From: Naegleria gruberi
Lineage: Eukaryota
Assembly (NCBI GenBank): GCA_000004985.1
Contig: GG738860.1
Length of the DNA stretch: 64,000 bases
Strand: one strand, 5' to 3'
The notes below the pieces were generated by a model that saw nothing but the letters and a program-made list of their open reading frames with translations, searched no databases and was not told where the DNA came from. This document shows positions 63,557 to 64,000 of this stretch, one piece after another. Numbering within the stretch: position 1 is the first letter of the stretch; each line of letters opens with the position of its first letter. A program made the position numbers and the translations under genes.

Positions 63557-64000
63557 TTTATTCAGAATGTTGCTGTGATGGGATGAGAAGATTGAAGTAG
63601 TTTATTGCTGATGGAGGAAATGTTCGTCTCCTCTTGTTCTTTGCAATGATGAAGGAAATAAAATGGAAAGGTTGTAGACGTTGTTGTTGTGGCGAGAAGA
63701 TGTTATTATTATCTCTCTACAGAGTCTATTTTTTAATTATTAATAATTGTTTTAAATAATACTTTTCAATTGTCTGGAACTTGTGATTGATTTTTCTAAA
63801 TTGAAGACAACGACTAGTTACATGTCGATACTACTTTTGATGAAGAGATGCTTATTCTTTGAGTTTGGAACTTTGTTTCTTTTGTAGATTAGTTGACAAA
63901 TAGGGGAGTAGAGATACTTGATAATAGGTAAGGAAAGTTAATAGGTAAATTCAATACAATAATCGACCAAAACGAAAGCAATGCTTGATATTCCAAATTA

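Noticed and set aside
1-64000. Prokaryotic-style features (operons, RBS, CRISPR, integrons, IS elements)
   Set aside because: The genes have spliceosomal introns with GT-AG (and one GC-AG) boundaries, eukaryote-specific products (importin-beta, WASP, SIN1, homeobox) and a Pol III tRNA with an oligo-T terminator. I found no direct-repeat/spacer array and no transposase or integrase ORF.

Overview
Positions 1-14416 are an unresolved N run; real sequence spans 14417-64000 (about 49.6 kb). It is AT-rich nuclear DNA from a eukaryote, not a prokaryote: both strands carry genes with short GT-AG spliceosomal introns (about 45-145 nt). Many predicted proteins carry Asn/Gln/Ser/His low-complexity runs, and intergenic DNA is extremely AT-rich. 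My best guess is an amoebozoan (dictyostelid-like) or another gene-dense protist, but I cannot identify the organism from sequence alone. I can support about 27 protein-coding genes, one partial gene truncated by the gap, and one nuclear tRNA-Leu(UAA) followed by a Pol III T-tract. Gene density is roughly one gene per 1.9 kb. I see no CRISPR array, transposon, rRNA or prokaryotic operon. Recognisable products include importin-beta, a WASP homologue, a branched-chain aminotransferase, a long-chain acyl-CoA synthetase, a mitochondrial carrier, protein-L-isoaspartate O-methyltransferase, Nop52/RRP1, a two-module AAA ATPase, an AidB-like acyl-CoA dehydrogenase, a YedJ-type HD hydrolase, mitochondrial L9, a LYR-motif protein, a SIN1/RIP3-like TORC2 subunit, a BRCT protein and a DUF4116 repeat protein. 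The less ordinary items are a receptor-like 7TM protein with a C-terminal RGS domain, a protein with two TALE homeodomains in tandem, a 1138-aa protein with a 2OG-Fe(II) oxygenase core, and a transmembrane pseudokinase. Architecturally, many convergent gene pairs have stop codons only 1-50 nt apart and some tandem genes are 36-90 nt apart. There is one GC-AG intron, and two places (a zinc-finger gene and the acyl-CoA synthetase) where canonical splice sites give conflicting reading frames. All exon coordinates were derived by hand and may be off by 1-2 nt.
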